Of a stretch of 64,000 bases of DNA, positions 1 to 12,064 are shown in pieces. The DNA is from Balanoglossus misakiensis. Taxonomy: Eukaryota > Animalia > Hemichordata. The DNA is taken from assembly GCA_040954595.2 (NCBI GenBank), contig CM082576.2, positions 16,849,028 through 16,913,027 of the forward strand, in the 5' to 3' direction. Under the pieces are notes generated by a model. The model saw only the letters and a program-made list of their open reading frames with translations, made no database searches and was not told the origin of the DNA. The stretch's first letter is position 1. Every line of letters starts with the position of its first letter. Both the position numbers and the translations under genes were made by a program.

Positions 1-1089
1 AACACTTAGACACGTAGAAAATAATTAAAAATGACCAGAATGCAGCCATAGTTATTGGGGATTTTTTTCTGCTTCAATTTGTGCATGGAACGATAAAGTG
101 ATTTGGTTTGGCATAAAAACACAAATTAATAAATTAATTGATAAGGATTACAGCAACAAGTCAGATGGCTAAGTTATGCGTACAATGGTTATTTTGCCCA
201 CTGCAATGTCCGAGGTTATATCGTTACAAGCTGTTCAAATACTTTCACATAAATGCACAGTTCAGTAATGTCTAATTTGACGCCACATTCTTAGACCATA
301 TTTTCAACATCTTTGTGGTTTTCAGTGATAATGGACATTCCACGTCGGAAAACATGCAATGCGTTTACTGTTGTTGAGCAGTATATTGCAAGACAGGTAA
401 TTCAGGCAATCAACGCAGTCCACATGTGTGTTTACGGTAATGGTCTACAGGTGGTTTCTCTCGGCTGTCCGGAATGCAATTGCACTGTCAGTCGCATCTC
501 TATACAGCCATGTAAAGGGTTGTTGCATATGGCTAATATCAATTCTATATTGTTCAAGAATTGTATAGTTTTAACTCTAAAAGTAGGGCGCTGTTTTTCA
601 TCATTTTCATCGTCCAGCCCTTTTTGTTGGATTCTGGCGAGATCCTCAATATTCACCAAAGAACGCTCAAGGTCACATTAGGTCAGTCGCAAAATGCCCA
701 GGATCATACCAATATGGGCGAAGACAACTTGTAACGCTGTGATTTCAAAGTTTATTTTAATGAAAAAAAAAACATTTCTGCGCCATTCCATCATACTACA
801 ATCAGAGAAGTTTAAAAGAAAATGTCTACCTCTTGAACCATCTCCCTGATCCCGCCCCACAATATACACATGTTATACAAATGTTATACCCATATATATC
901 AGTATAATGCTGTAGCGTAATATTGTATTCTGTTGTTGTAGTAAATGGGAAGCCCGTTGGAATAACTGTCGAAAACCACAGACAGAAGAGTGTAAAACGT
1001 GACGTTTACACACATTGTTCTTGGACTTAACGGAATAAACTCGTGTAAGGAATTCACATTTCTTTGATTTTAAAGTTGAACGTGTCTTA

Positions 1090-1357
1090 GGGACCGTTCA
1101 GTTTTTACGGTTAGGTGGGTGCTGACAAAATCCGAGGGGGGGGGGGGTCACTTAAATTTTGAAATCCAAAAAGGGGGAGAGGTCATATTTTTTTAAACGT
1201 TTAGGGGGGGGTCACATTCTTTTGCCACCGAACTTTTGCTTTTGAGTCCACAAAATTGCAGTTTCGCGCCCTTCATTTAACAAAATTTTCACCCACCCCC
1301 TTCATTCTCCGCCACATTTCAGCCGTAACGGTACCTGAACGGTAACTGAACGATACC
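1090..1357. mobile_element. Short internally deleted Harbinger/Tourist-like MITE (duplicate at 21769-22037)
   Basis: Left end GGGACCGTTCAGTTTTTACGG as in the 11090-12014 element, homologous for ~230 bp; degenerate right end gccgtaa..aactgaacgatacc; TTA on both sides. Confidence 0.7.
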
Positions 1358-1669
1358 TTATCTGTGCCTGAAATGGAGATGTCATAGCATTACTGTGGTT
1401 TAACCGCACATTTTTGATGCCACATGCTAGTTCAGGGGCCCGTTTTAGCAGTGATATATTGAGTATTTTAGCATCGCTGGATTGAGCTCTTGTCCAATCA
1501 GAATGGCGGAGGGTAGCATGAAATACATGTAATATAATTGTCACTTTGCCATGCGCGATGCCCGTCTTGTCACTTTTTGTCGTCTGCTTCATGTAATACA
1601 GTACTCGATCCCGGCCGCTCGTGTTATATGTCTCGAATTGTACGAAATGCGACGGGGGTTATTGCTTAT

Positions 1670-2130
1670 ACAATCTGTCGATCTACAGAGTCTAGCGGAA
1701 AACGTTCTTATGCGCATGTGCATGTTCTACGGATCACAACGGAATATGCAAATGATGAGACGGTGTTTGGAAGCAACCATGGATAATTTGGAACAATCCG
1801 TCGATCAACAGAGTCTAGCGGAAAACGTTCTTATGCGCACAAACCTGATGTGTTCTACGGATCACAACGGAATATGCAAATGATGAGACAGTGTTTGGAA
1901 GCAACCATAGATAATTTAGAACTAACCGTCGATCTACAGAGTCTAGCGGAAAACTTTTTTATTCGCTCAGGCCTGCGTGTTCTATGCATCGCAACGGAAT
2001 ATGCAAATGACGAGACGTTGTTTGGAAGCAACCATGGATACTTTGGAACAATCCGTCGATCAACGCAGAGTCTAGCGGAAAACTTTTTTATTCGCTCAGG
2101 ACTATGTGTTCTACGCATCGGAACGAAATA
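1670..2130. repeat. Tandem repeat, 123-129-bp unit, ~3.6 copies (duplicate at about 22350-22810)
   Basis: cagagtctagcggaaaac at 1686, 1809, 1937 and 2066. Confidence 0.85.
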
Positions 2131-2927
2131 TGAAAATAACTTTCTTAATTTGTTTAATTAAGGCCGAGTTACAAATGTTGAGCGAACTGGAGCTTACACG
2201 CAACTGTCAGCAGTGTAGATTATTCAACAATGAATGATAGGCCTAAGTTTACGTGCACCCAGGCTGTTTCGACTCTATCATCATCTGAGACACTGTGAAT
2301 GGATCATTTCACGGTTATCGGCGCCATCTTGAACGGGGGGCAAATGGCGGCTGTTTCGACGCATGTGGCGTCCATTGTTGTCATTAGAGCAAACACGGAA
2401 GTGTCGTCTCTTAGCAGCTCCTGCCACTTTTCGAAATTTTCCTGAAATTGGTCAACTTTTTTCAATCACAACAGGTAAATTAACTCGGAAAGTTGTATCA
2501 AATACCAAAACTTTCCAAATTTATTACTGTCATCCTGTTTTACGCGATTTATCCAACTTGTAATCGTGCTGCAGATAACACGTAATAGCACCACTGCATA
2601 GTTAACCACTATAAATAAACACAATCCGTCGACGATCATTTTACGGGACACATTTAGATCAATCCCCGTAATTTACAAAATGTGATTGCCAAATTCTTAA
2701 ATTTATTTTGTTACTAATAAAAATGAACTTAACTTTATAGTTGCTTTTGATTTACTCATACCAAAACTTATGCCTATCATGCAGACGTCTGTAATGGACA
2801 GATCGCTCAAAATTCAATCCCCAGACTATGGGACAATTAAAGTATACATTTTTTTTTAATTTTGTGCTTTAGACAGGTCTGTGACTAGCTCATTAGGAAA
2901 GCCAGTGCTGATAGGTAGTCTGTCAAC

Positions 2928-4290
2928 ATGCCAGGTGGAGACCGCTGTTGCATTGAGGGTTGTTTCAATGACAGGAGATATCCTGAGAGGCAGATCTTAA
3001 GGAATCACGTTGTAGTCTTGCGATTTCACAAGTTACCAACTACTAATGAGGAACTGAGAAAGCAGTGGATCTCCAGAATTTCTAGAGGAAGGGTTGATTT
3101 TGTACCTGGACCAGGCGTTCGAGTTTGCTCCAATCATTTTGTTGATGGAGAGCCCACCAAAGCGAACCCTTTCCCCTCTCTATTTCTGTCAACATCGCTG
3201 GCGAGATACCAGACTTCACCGAGAAAGAGGAGGGTAGTAGAGAAAAGATGTGACACTAATACTAATAACAATAATTACACCAATGTATATGTAGAGCAGC
3301 CAGTTTGTGATCAACAGGACCAGAGAACTATAAAAATATGTACGGCTTCAGAACAATTAACTAGAGATTCGGATGTTCATTTTTACACTGGTCTAAAGAA
3401 TTGTGCAGCGTTTGAGGGGGTTTTCAATTATTTAGCACCCAAAGCAGCAAACATGCAATATTGGAAGGGGGAAAAACAGACCGTCAAAGAAATACCCAAA
3501 AGATACACAGTTTCAAATCCATCTACTTTTAATAGGCCTGGTCCTTCGAGAAAACTTACTTTGCCACAGGAATTGCTTCTTGTTATGATGCGTCTTCGTT
3601 TAGCTTTATTAATTCCCGATCTTTCTTTTCGTTTCAAGATTGCTGAAGGCTTAGTTAATTTTTATTACATGGATCAAATTAATGAGTAGGGAACTTGGTT
3701 GGCTGATTATATGGCCAACCAAGCAAGCAATCAAAGATCATTTACCAGAATGTTTTCGACGATTTTATCCGAAAGTAAGAAGTATTATAGACTGCACTGA
3801 AATATTTATCGAAAAGCCATCATGTTTACAGCTTCAAGCTAAATTTTGGTCAGAATACAAACATCACTGTACTGTTAAATTCTTAGTTAGTATAACTCCA
3901 AATGGTTTAATTTCATTTATTTCTGTGGCATATGGGGGTAGGGCATCTGATAAATTTATTGTAAGAAATAGTAAATTTTACACGCTTCTGGAACCATATG
4001 ATCAATTATTAGCTGATAGGGGGTTTAAGATCAAAGATGACTTGACGGTTCAACAGGTCCAATTAGCAATTCCATCAAGTGCTACTAAAGGCCTACCTAT
4101 GACAAGTGTAGCGGTGGCAGAAACATCAAAGATAGCCAATGTAAGGATTTATGTTGAACAGGCCATTGGCCGAACAAAACACTTCCGTATTTTAACAAAT
4201 CAACTTCCTGTAACCTTAATTCCAATCATCAATGATATAATCAAAACCTGTTGTGCTCTCTGTAATCCGTCTGAACCTCTGTGTGAATAA
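2928..4290 (+). pseudogene. THAP + HTH + DDE_Tnp_4 (Harbinger-like) transposase, frameshifted near 3656
   Basis: THAP motif CCIEGC...RFHKLP...W...VCSNHF...P; catalytic segments IIDCTE, LADRGF, VEQAIGR. ORFs 2928-3689 and 3682-4290 are split by a 5-bp deletion (AGTTC) relative to copy 3. Confidence 0.9.
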
Positions 4291-4570
4291 TAAAAATAAA
4301 CCAATATATACTTGTGAAACCTTCTTCTATAGTTTAATTCAATACATTTTATTTCTATCGATTAATCACATCTTATATGGTAATTCATTATGAGAAGTCA
4401 CTACTTCTATAACAATCCTCTGGTAAGAAAAAAAAATCCTCCAGATTTAGAAACATATGAAACCAGACAAAAATTCACATAGTAAAATACAAGCTTACAC
4501 ACCATTTGAATTGAACATACACAGGTTATATTGAATTTGTATGTATACACACAAGAAAACTATACAATTT

Positions 4571-6792
4571 TCATGTCAACGTACAGTTTAAACATACCCA
4601 ATCATCATCTGTGATTTTACTTCTTCCGACACATCCCCAGTGGTACCATAACAAACACATCATGCATTGTACACTGTTTTCCTTTTCATCATCAAACTCG
4701 CCTTCTTCTAAGATTACTCCATTACATGGAGGGCAAAAGAACATTTCTCTAAACCCTAACAATACTCTAGCCATGTGTGATTTATAGAAATTACAGAGAT
4801 TTAACTGAACCTTTTCCCAATATTCATGGTCAAATTCAATCACTTGAATCAATGGTCTGCCAACTGGAGTCCAAACTACAAAGTAACATTTATCACATTG
4901 TGTGATTGCCATTTGCCCTTGTATTTGAGTATAATACTTGTGGGATTTCTTCAACTGAATTTGGTCACCATTTTTCCCCAGAAAGTCTGTTTCATTCCAT
5001 CCCTCATCAATACTCTTATCCCTTATAGAATAGGGGCACTTACATTTAACGCAGGCATTAGAACAACACTGACAAACAGCAACAGCATCAGGTGATGTAG
5101 CAAGATATGGAAAACGTTCATGGACAACAAGCCCAGTATTTTTGAGCCTAAAGTTCTGATGTCTACCTGCGATTTCCCGTTCTAATGCAAGCTTGGCGTC
5201 TTGTTCATGTAAAATCCCCCATTTTATAGCAGGAACATGATTTAGGGATTTCACGGCTAAAAGACGAGATATCAACTTTGTTGTTGAGCATGGCTTACCA
5301 GGATGTTTGGAAATGCTTTCCATTTTAGTAAAGACATCGTGGAAAGTGGACGAAGTCAGTCTTCCAGCCCTCTGTTTGTACCACTCCCCACATTTGTCTT
5401 GCTCCATAGTAGCTTTTGCTATATCATGAATATTATCCCGACCCACAGTTGAGTGCAGTGTTTCTAGAAATCCACTGATCATTGTTGTCTCATCTCCCCT
5501 GTGATTGTTGGCATATATTTGAGCTTGTTTTTGAACTGACTGTGGCAAATGATTATTTGTTGTTGTAAACTTTGGAAAGGCTTTGTAAACTACCGCATTA
5601 GATTCGACAAGTTTCCATTTTGATAAGAAGGACGACACGTGTACATCAGTAACCTTTCTTTCATTTTCCCTTCTTGGGTCAAATTGTGTTTTCATTTGTG
5701 AATTAATGTTAAAGTCCCCACTTTCGGTTCGTGCACTTTGTTTGATTACCATACTACTGACTTTTTCGGGTAATACATCTCTCAAAGTTTTGTCATTCCA
5801 CTCACAAGGTATGTCTGTACAGGTTGGGTCATTAAAATTCATCAGTGTTGCGTGCTCCATTTTCTACAAAACCCCCATAACATGATTGCATGCTTGTGAG
5901 TACCCAGCAGTGCATCCACACCAGGCCCCAAGAACTTTTCCGTCATTCTGTAAAACAAGCCAAACAGGCCACAGCTGATCCCTCACTCGCTGTGATGGTG
6001 ATACAGTAGATTTCACCAGAACCCTATCATTGGCAATGCTGTGGTGAAATATTGTACCTACAAATCCACTAGCAAAATATGAATATGCTTTGTACGTTTT
6101 ATATTTAAGCAATAAAACACCCCCAGCCATGGTATATCACAAGATTTTGACCAGTTCACGACATATACGCACGAGCGATAGCGAGTGCGTATATGGAGTT
6201 GAACTGGTCAAAATCGAGTGGTATACCATAGCTGGGGGTGTTTTATTGCTATTATATTATGCCAGTATATTGAAACTTTGCATAAAACATTTTAAAAAGG
6301 CATTTTCTTTAACTATGATATATGACTGTGGTATATGGCTAATATATCACGGTCACGTGTCATGTCTCGACCAATCAAATAGCGTGATTTACACCATCAA
6401 TATACTGGTACAATATAATTTCCAATATATGTATGGTCAAACTCTTTCTTTTCTAAAATAAATGAAAACACACTACTTAAATCTAACTTAGGCCATTTCC
6501 TGACATCATTTATCCACATGTGATCTGGTATAGTTATAGGGTCATCGATTTCTAGTTCTTTTAAGCGACACATATACTTTTTCTGTAATTTTTGTTTAAG
6601 TTCAAATTCTGACAATTTTACAGGAACAGACTGATCAGTGGCAACAAAGGCTCTGGCCACTAATTCTGGCTTTGAACCTGTTGTGCCAATACCTCTGACA
6701 GACAGAAAATATTTCAGTTCGCCAACTGACTTCTGGGAGAGGTCTTCATATGTATTCCCTACATCTTTCTGACTAGCCATAGTCTTCAACAA
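4571..6792 (-). pseudogene. ISL2EU accessory gene: SAP - SWIM zinc finger - YqaJ/lambda-exonuclease - PHD finger (interrupted)
   Basis: SAP-like LSQKSVGELKYFLSVRGIGTTGSKPELVARA; SWIM CGCTAGYSQACNH; YqaJ motifs WYKQRAGRLTSS, WGILHE, ATSPD, xCKCP, YYTQIQGQM; PHD CPPC..CMMCLLWYHWGC..CLNC. Broken by a 314-bp insertion, an in-frame TAG (5864-5866) and an E-to-K change in the ExK motif. Confidence 0.85.
6106..6419. mobile_element. 314-bp double-hairpin non-autonomous insertion, possibly Crypton-like (duplicate at 26786-27099)
   Basis: Absent from ISL2EU copy 3 at the equivalent site (~48045). Two adjacent inverted-repeat pairs: AGCAATAAAACACCCCCAGC/GCTGGGGGTGTTTTATTGCT and ATTATATT..CCAGTATATTGA/TCAATATACTGG..AATATAAT. 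Inserted into a TTTT run with no clear TSD. Confidence 0.7.
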
Positions 6793-9578
6793 TCAACAAC
6801 TATTCTATGTTCTAGCTATTCTGTTGAATTGAAAAAAAACATATACATATGTCACTTTGCTTTCTTTTAGTCCACTGACTCAACAAACTCACTGGTGACT
6901 AAAGAAAATTATCTACATGTACACTACATGCATAGGTATAGGGAAATCCTCAAAATGACTCAAAGCATTTTAAAATTCGGTTTGTTTGAGGGCAAACTTA
7001 GTTCACACATACGCACATATATTATACATATGCAATAATGTATTTTATTACACCAAAGTGACTTTGAAAAGCTACACTTCAAATCCAATCAGACATCAAC
7101 AGAGTCCAGATATCCATTTCATGTTTGCTTACCTCTTGCTCTACGCTGCAAACCTATCTAGTCTTTTTGAATCTATACTCATGTACAACTGGCTATGATA
7201 TACAACCTCTACGAATAGTATGCTCTGTCTATCTGCTACAACTGCAGCACTGGCCTGTCGATCGCGGTAGCAAACGTAGTATAAATCTGTCACGCTCATA
7301 TTTTTGGATACAAGATAATGTAACGTTTAAATCATTACCTCTCCAAGTGTTGATGGTTAAAATAATCAATTCTTTATATCCAATTGTGTCCGGAAAGATC
7401 GTGACTACTTTTGTACCTACCGCCATTACCGACCACTGTACAGTGACGATTACAAGTTGGATAAATCGCGTAAAAAAGGATGACAGTAATAAATTTGGAA
7501 AGTTTTGGTATTTGATACAACTTTCCGAGTTAATTTACCTGTTGTGATGGAAAAAAGTTGACCAATTTCAGGAAAATTTCGAAAAGTGGCAGGAGCTGCT
7601 AAGAGACGACACTTCCGTGTTTGCTCTAATGACAACAATGAAGGACGCCACATGCGTCGAAACAGCCGCCATTTGCCCCCCGTTCAAGATGGCGCCGATA
7701 ACCGTGAAATGATCCATTAAGAGTAAGAAAGAGAAATCAAAATGACCTTGGGAGAAGAAAAAAAACAGATGACGAGAAGATATTTGACCCCAGGCCGCCA
7801 TAACAAACTCACAATAATTTCACTTTTTTTTCCAAGGCCATATCCGAGAGAGTGTGCCGGTTTCACAGACGGAAGATGTAGAGTTCGAAAATTGTTATAT
7901 GGCAACACTCAAATCTCAAGGGTATTTAATTTTGTATGCTTACTTTAATTTTTTTTAATTTTACGACATTCTTACCAGTACTGTACTGTGATGTTCAGAT
8001 TAAAAAAAAAAGTTCGATAATTCGTCAGCGCCGCGCCCTGTCGATTGTGAGTGAGCAATAAAAACACGAACAATTTGTAAAATTGCTCTTAGAGGGCGCT
8101 TTATCAAGTACACGCTTACGTTGTTTTGACCACGCAAAGAAGAATTTTAGACCTCTTCGATGTCTTGAAATATCCACCTCCTTATTATGTTTTCACCAAG
8201 AGTTCAACCACAAAATAAGAGAGAGGAATAAAATTGACCACTATAAAAATTAAGGTAATTGCTAAACTGAATGAAAATGAAAGTAAACTCTTTAGCCGAG
8301 TTTATGTTTTTGAGAAAGGGACAGATGTGAGAGGAAGATGAACAACCTTGCATTGGAATATTCTCAGATGATTTTCTAATAAAAGAAAGAATAAGCGAAA
8401 GTTGCTCTGTGTTTGTTTAGCATATTTTTAAATAAATGTAATGTCTTGTTCAAATCCCTGAAGCGTGATGAAATCCACGAATTCATTTGTCAACAATAAC
8501 AATCACCGTTACACACATACTGGGTGTGTTGACAACCGGAGTACTGGGTATATTAGCATACGGTTTGGAGTAGAGCAAGACATATCATTTGCTACAAAGT
8601 TAAAAATTACTGAAAATAAAGCCAAAAGTTACAGCTATAAATATCCCTTTCATATAATGCATTTTTCTCTCCATTGTCTTTTTGAAACATAAAGTATCCA
8701 AGAAATTTCTTGTAAAGATTGGTTACAGACACTGGCAAATTGCTTCAGGGTAATATTACTTAGGTTTACTTAGGTGGTGTACTGCGCGCAGGCATGCGTA
8801 GAGCCTATAGACCAAAGGGTGAAAGGGTAATCACTTTCAATTGATTTGCAAATGTGTACATGTATGAGGAAACAGGTGTAATTTTAATGCACTGGAAAAT
8901 GTCGTAAACATAACAGCAGTTAGTACCTGAGTCTAGAACATATTGCTCGAATTTCCAACAATGAACAGAATTTTTCACTTTTGGATTGTGTTCATAACAG
9001 TAGCATGTACAGGTATGTGAAGTTTTTGTTTGTAGATCACCCCGCTTTCAATTGACAAAGTGGCATAGTACTTAGGGACTTTGGCCGGGGTGGGGGTGGG
9101 TGGGTGGTGATGGGTGGGGATGGATTCATGGGAGAGGTCACCTTTTTTGAATTGGGTGATGGGGGGGGGGGTCAGAGTATCCTTTGATAGTGTGCAAGAA
9201 ATGTTCTTGAATGTCGTGAGATCAGCTGATGTTTCAAGAGTATTTTTTATAAATTAATTTCTGTTTGAACAAGAACAAACACAGTGCGGTCTTTGAGTGG
9301 CGTGAATGATCAGAAATATATGCCTGCATATTAAAAGCCTATGGCTTTGTGCAACTGTGGATTTAATACATATGTTTTTGTATGCTCAAGCAGTAACTGC
9401 AGTTTTGTTTATAGGTGGCAACAGGGATAATTGTCAGTCATAAAAACAAGTTAGCAATTCACTTGATTTCAAATTGGACATATCCTGAACTATATATTAG
9501 TAGTTAACATGCCTAGTGGTGTATTGACTTTATTTATTGGGTAAACTGTCATGGAGTTTCAAAAATTACAAGTTTTAA

Positions 9579-9720
9579 ATACTACTGCTAGATTTATCAT
9601 CACAGGCAGGAAACATGATCATATCTCTCCTGTATTATGAGATCTTCATTGGTTGCCTGTGAAGAAGCTAGCGCATAGACAAGGAAATTCTACGTATACT
9701 GTCTACAAGGCTTAAAGAAT
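9579..9720 (+). pseudogene. L2/CR1-clade LINE ORF2 C-terminal remnant (duplicate near 30250)
   Basis: Translates NTTARFIITGRKHDHISPVL*DLHWLPV, the typical L2 post-RT motif; contains stops and frameshifts. Confidence 0.7.
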
Positions 9721-9755
9721 TTATGTACATTGTACATCTCTTAGATCATAACTCG

Positions 9756-10172
9756 AGCGTGACCAGGTGACCAAACAAAATTCCTAACCAGTTCAAAGTG
9801 TAATAAACAGTTCGGTGACTCTATGCATAACAATTCTGGCCTTTCTGTCCGTTTTACGCCAGTGAACAAAAGACAGCCACGTATTACCTCAAATGCAGTT
9901 CCACCGTGACACGGAAACTCGCACCCTCAGGACGGCTCCCAAATTCCACGCGGCGTCCTCGAAAACATCCACCATGACTTCACAAGTCCCTTCGGCAGTG
10001 TCAATCCTCAACTACCACAGTAGACAGGCACACTACGTACGGTGGGCTCCAACACTCAGCGACAATGGCAATGCGACGGCACAGCTACCAGACCAGAATC
10101 AAATGAGCCACATAACAACATGGCACTGGGTGGCTGTTGTATGACCAAAACTAATTAACACCTGGTCACGCT
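9756..10172. mobile_element. Possible MITE with 14-bp TIRs
   Basis: AGCGTGACCAGGTG ... CACCTGGTCACGCT; no clean TSD. Confidence 0.4.
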
Positions 10173-11089
10173 TATATGTTAAATAAAGAAACCAACATAT
10201 TTACACCACGAAACAAAACAAACAATAAACTTCATCACATGATGTACCGGAACGTTGTGAATATATACCAAAGTAAGCAATAGGCAGCATCTTTATAGTG
10301 GAAAAACAAGCTTCAATGTATGTGTTTCACTGGCATCACGATCCCATTGCAAGGCTAAGGTACCAATCAAAGTCATTATAATTGCTGTACTATTTAGCAA
10401 CCTGTACTGTTATCTTTTAAACATTAAAATGAACAAGAACGGGCAACATTTAAAGAACGTAAATGTTTCCTTATTCCAGAAATACTCGCACATTCCGATG
10501 TGGAGATTAGTTATCACAACAAGAAGCTTCATGTCACATGTACCTTCTGGGGCAAATATACAGTGCATTTATATGCTCTATTTAAGGATGTACGCGCGGA
10601 ACATAAAGCGGAAAACTGCGCACACTCGTCTTTTTTCCACATGACTACATTGAAATAGAAAAATTAAACGAGCCTTACCTGTAAGGTGAGGTTAAATAGA
10701 AATTCTACCGAGTTTTCTACAGTATTTGAGGGATTACGTGAGATAGCATTGCGACTGCGCGAACTTCAGACTTTAAAGGTCGAATGAACACATCAGACCA
10801 AAATGATAATTAATTCATCACACTAATATGATGTACATGAATACCCATAAATATGAACGCAACTGTTGGGTGGGAATGTCAATGCATGGGTGTGGCACGT
10901 AATCCCTCAAGTACTGTAGATAACTCGGTAGAATTTCTATTTAACCTCACCTTACAGGTAAGGCTCGTTTAATTTTTCTATTCTACCTCGTTATCACGTA
11001 CTTTCAGGATCACGTGAGATTTTTAAAGCAACTGATGTGTGAATGAGACAACAACGCAAAGGATTTCCATGCAGATACTCAGTATATTA

Positions 11090-12014
11090 GGGACCGTTCA
11101 GTTTTTACGGCCGGGGGGGGGGCCGGCAAAATCCAGGGGGGGGGTCACTTAAATTTTGAAGTCCACAAGGGGGGGGGGGTCATCTGGTTTTTTTAAACGT
11201 TTAGGGGGGGTCACATACTTTTGCCACCGAACTTTTGCTTTTGAGTCCACAAAATTGCAGTTTCGCACCCTTTATTTTACAAAATTTTCTAATGCCCACC
11301 CCCTTCATTCTCCGCCACATTTCATTTTTTGCTGGTTTGTCTAGTGTACCAGGGCAGAGTGCTTGCCACCCCAACCCCACCGATGATAATATTTAACAAA
11401 GTGAATACATCAAAGGAGAATAATTGTTTAAACCATTTTGCATAACTGATAGTTTCGCGCTGCATCTTCTATATACTAGAAGTTTTATAAATGATGTCAT
11501 GACGAAGATGACGCCAAATCTTCTAACTTTGAGTGGAGTGGCAAAAAGTAAAATTGGTCCTCCCGAACATTGAGTTAATTTGCTTTTGAGTTCATTAAAA
11601 TGCAACTTTGCGCTACATATTTTACAAAATTTTCTTATGTGTCCCCCTCCCACACCCACCCCCGTCACTTTTCTTGTTTTACCGATTCTAGCAACTATTG
11701 TATTGACCTGTCATTTTAATTTGTTCATAGATTTCTTTATTGCAACGATATACTATTATATATTTCAATAATACTTTAAGAAATTTATTATTGAGGTGTG
11801 AGGAGACTCATTCCCTTTATTGCATACAGTGTACATAGGATCAGGACGGTGAATGTTTTGGGCGTGGGGGGGGGGGTCATCATATTTTTGGGTCTGTCAA
11901 AGGGGGGGGGTCACGATTTTTTGGTCATGGGTGAAGGGGGGGTCGGCCTGATTTTGAGAACCGATGACACAAACTTGCCGGACCCCCCCCCTGCCGTAAA
12001 AACTGAACGGTCCC
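11090..12014. mobile_element. Harbinger/Tourist-like MITE, 925 bp (duplicate at 31760-32690)
   Basis: TIR GGGACCGTTCAGTTTTTACGGC / GCCGTAAAAACTGAACGGTCCC, 3-bp TTA TSD, G-run subterminal motifs. Confidence 0.85.
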
Positions 12015-12064
12015 TTAATACATTTCAACAAAATAAATAAGTACAAACACTATTATACTTGCAA

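Larger units (their letters stand above)
2301..7715 (+). mobile_element. ISL2EU-type (PHIS / PIF-Harbinger-related) DNA transposon, copy 1
   Basis: TIRs 2301-2567 and 7446-7715 (GGATCATTTCACGG...), AT on both flanks, THAP-DDE transposase plus convergent YqaJ-nuclease ORF, the known ISL2EU layout. Confidence 0.9.

Noticed and set aside
1538-2161. Overlapping short ORFs as real genes
   Set aside because: They are translations of the 123-129-bp tandem repeat with no recognisable motif.
2363-2651. Recurrent MWRP... and MSRKM... ORFs at element ends as small proteins
   Set aside because: They recur only because they lie in the TIRs; they start at non-ATG codons or lack any domain signal.
2928-4290. 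Domesticated host gene (HARBI1 or a THAP-family gene) or a bacterial IS5/ISL2 element
   Set aside because: It lies between long TIRs with a TSD, is multicopy and frameshifted, and has a THAP domain in an intron-containing eukaryotic context.
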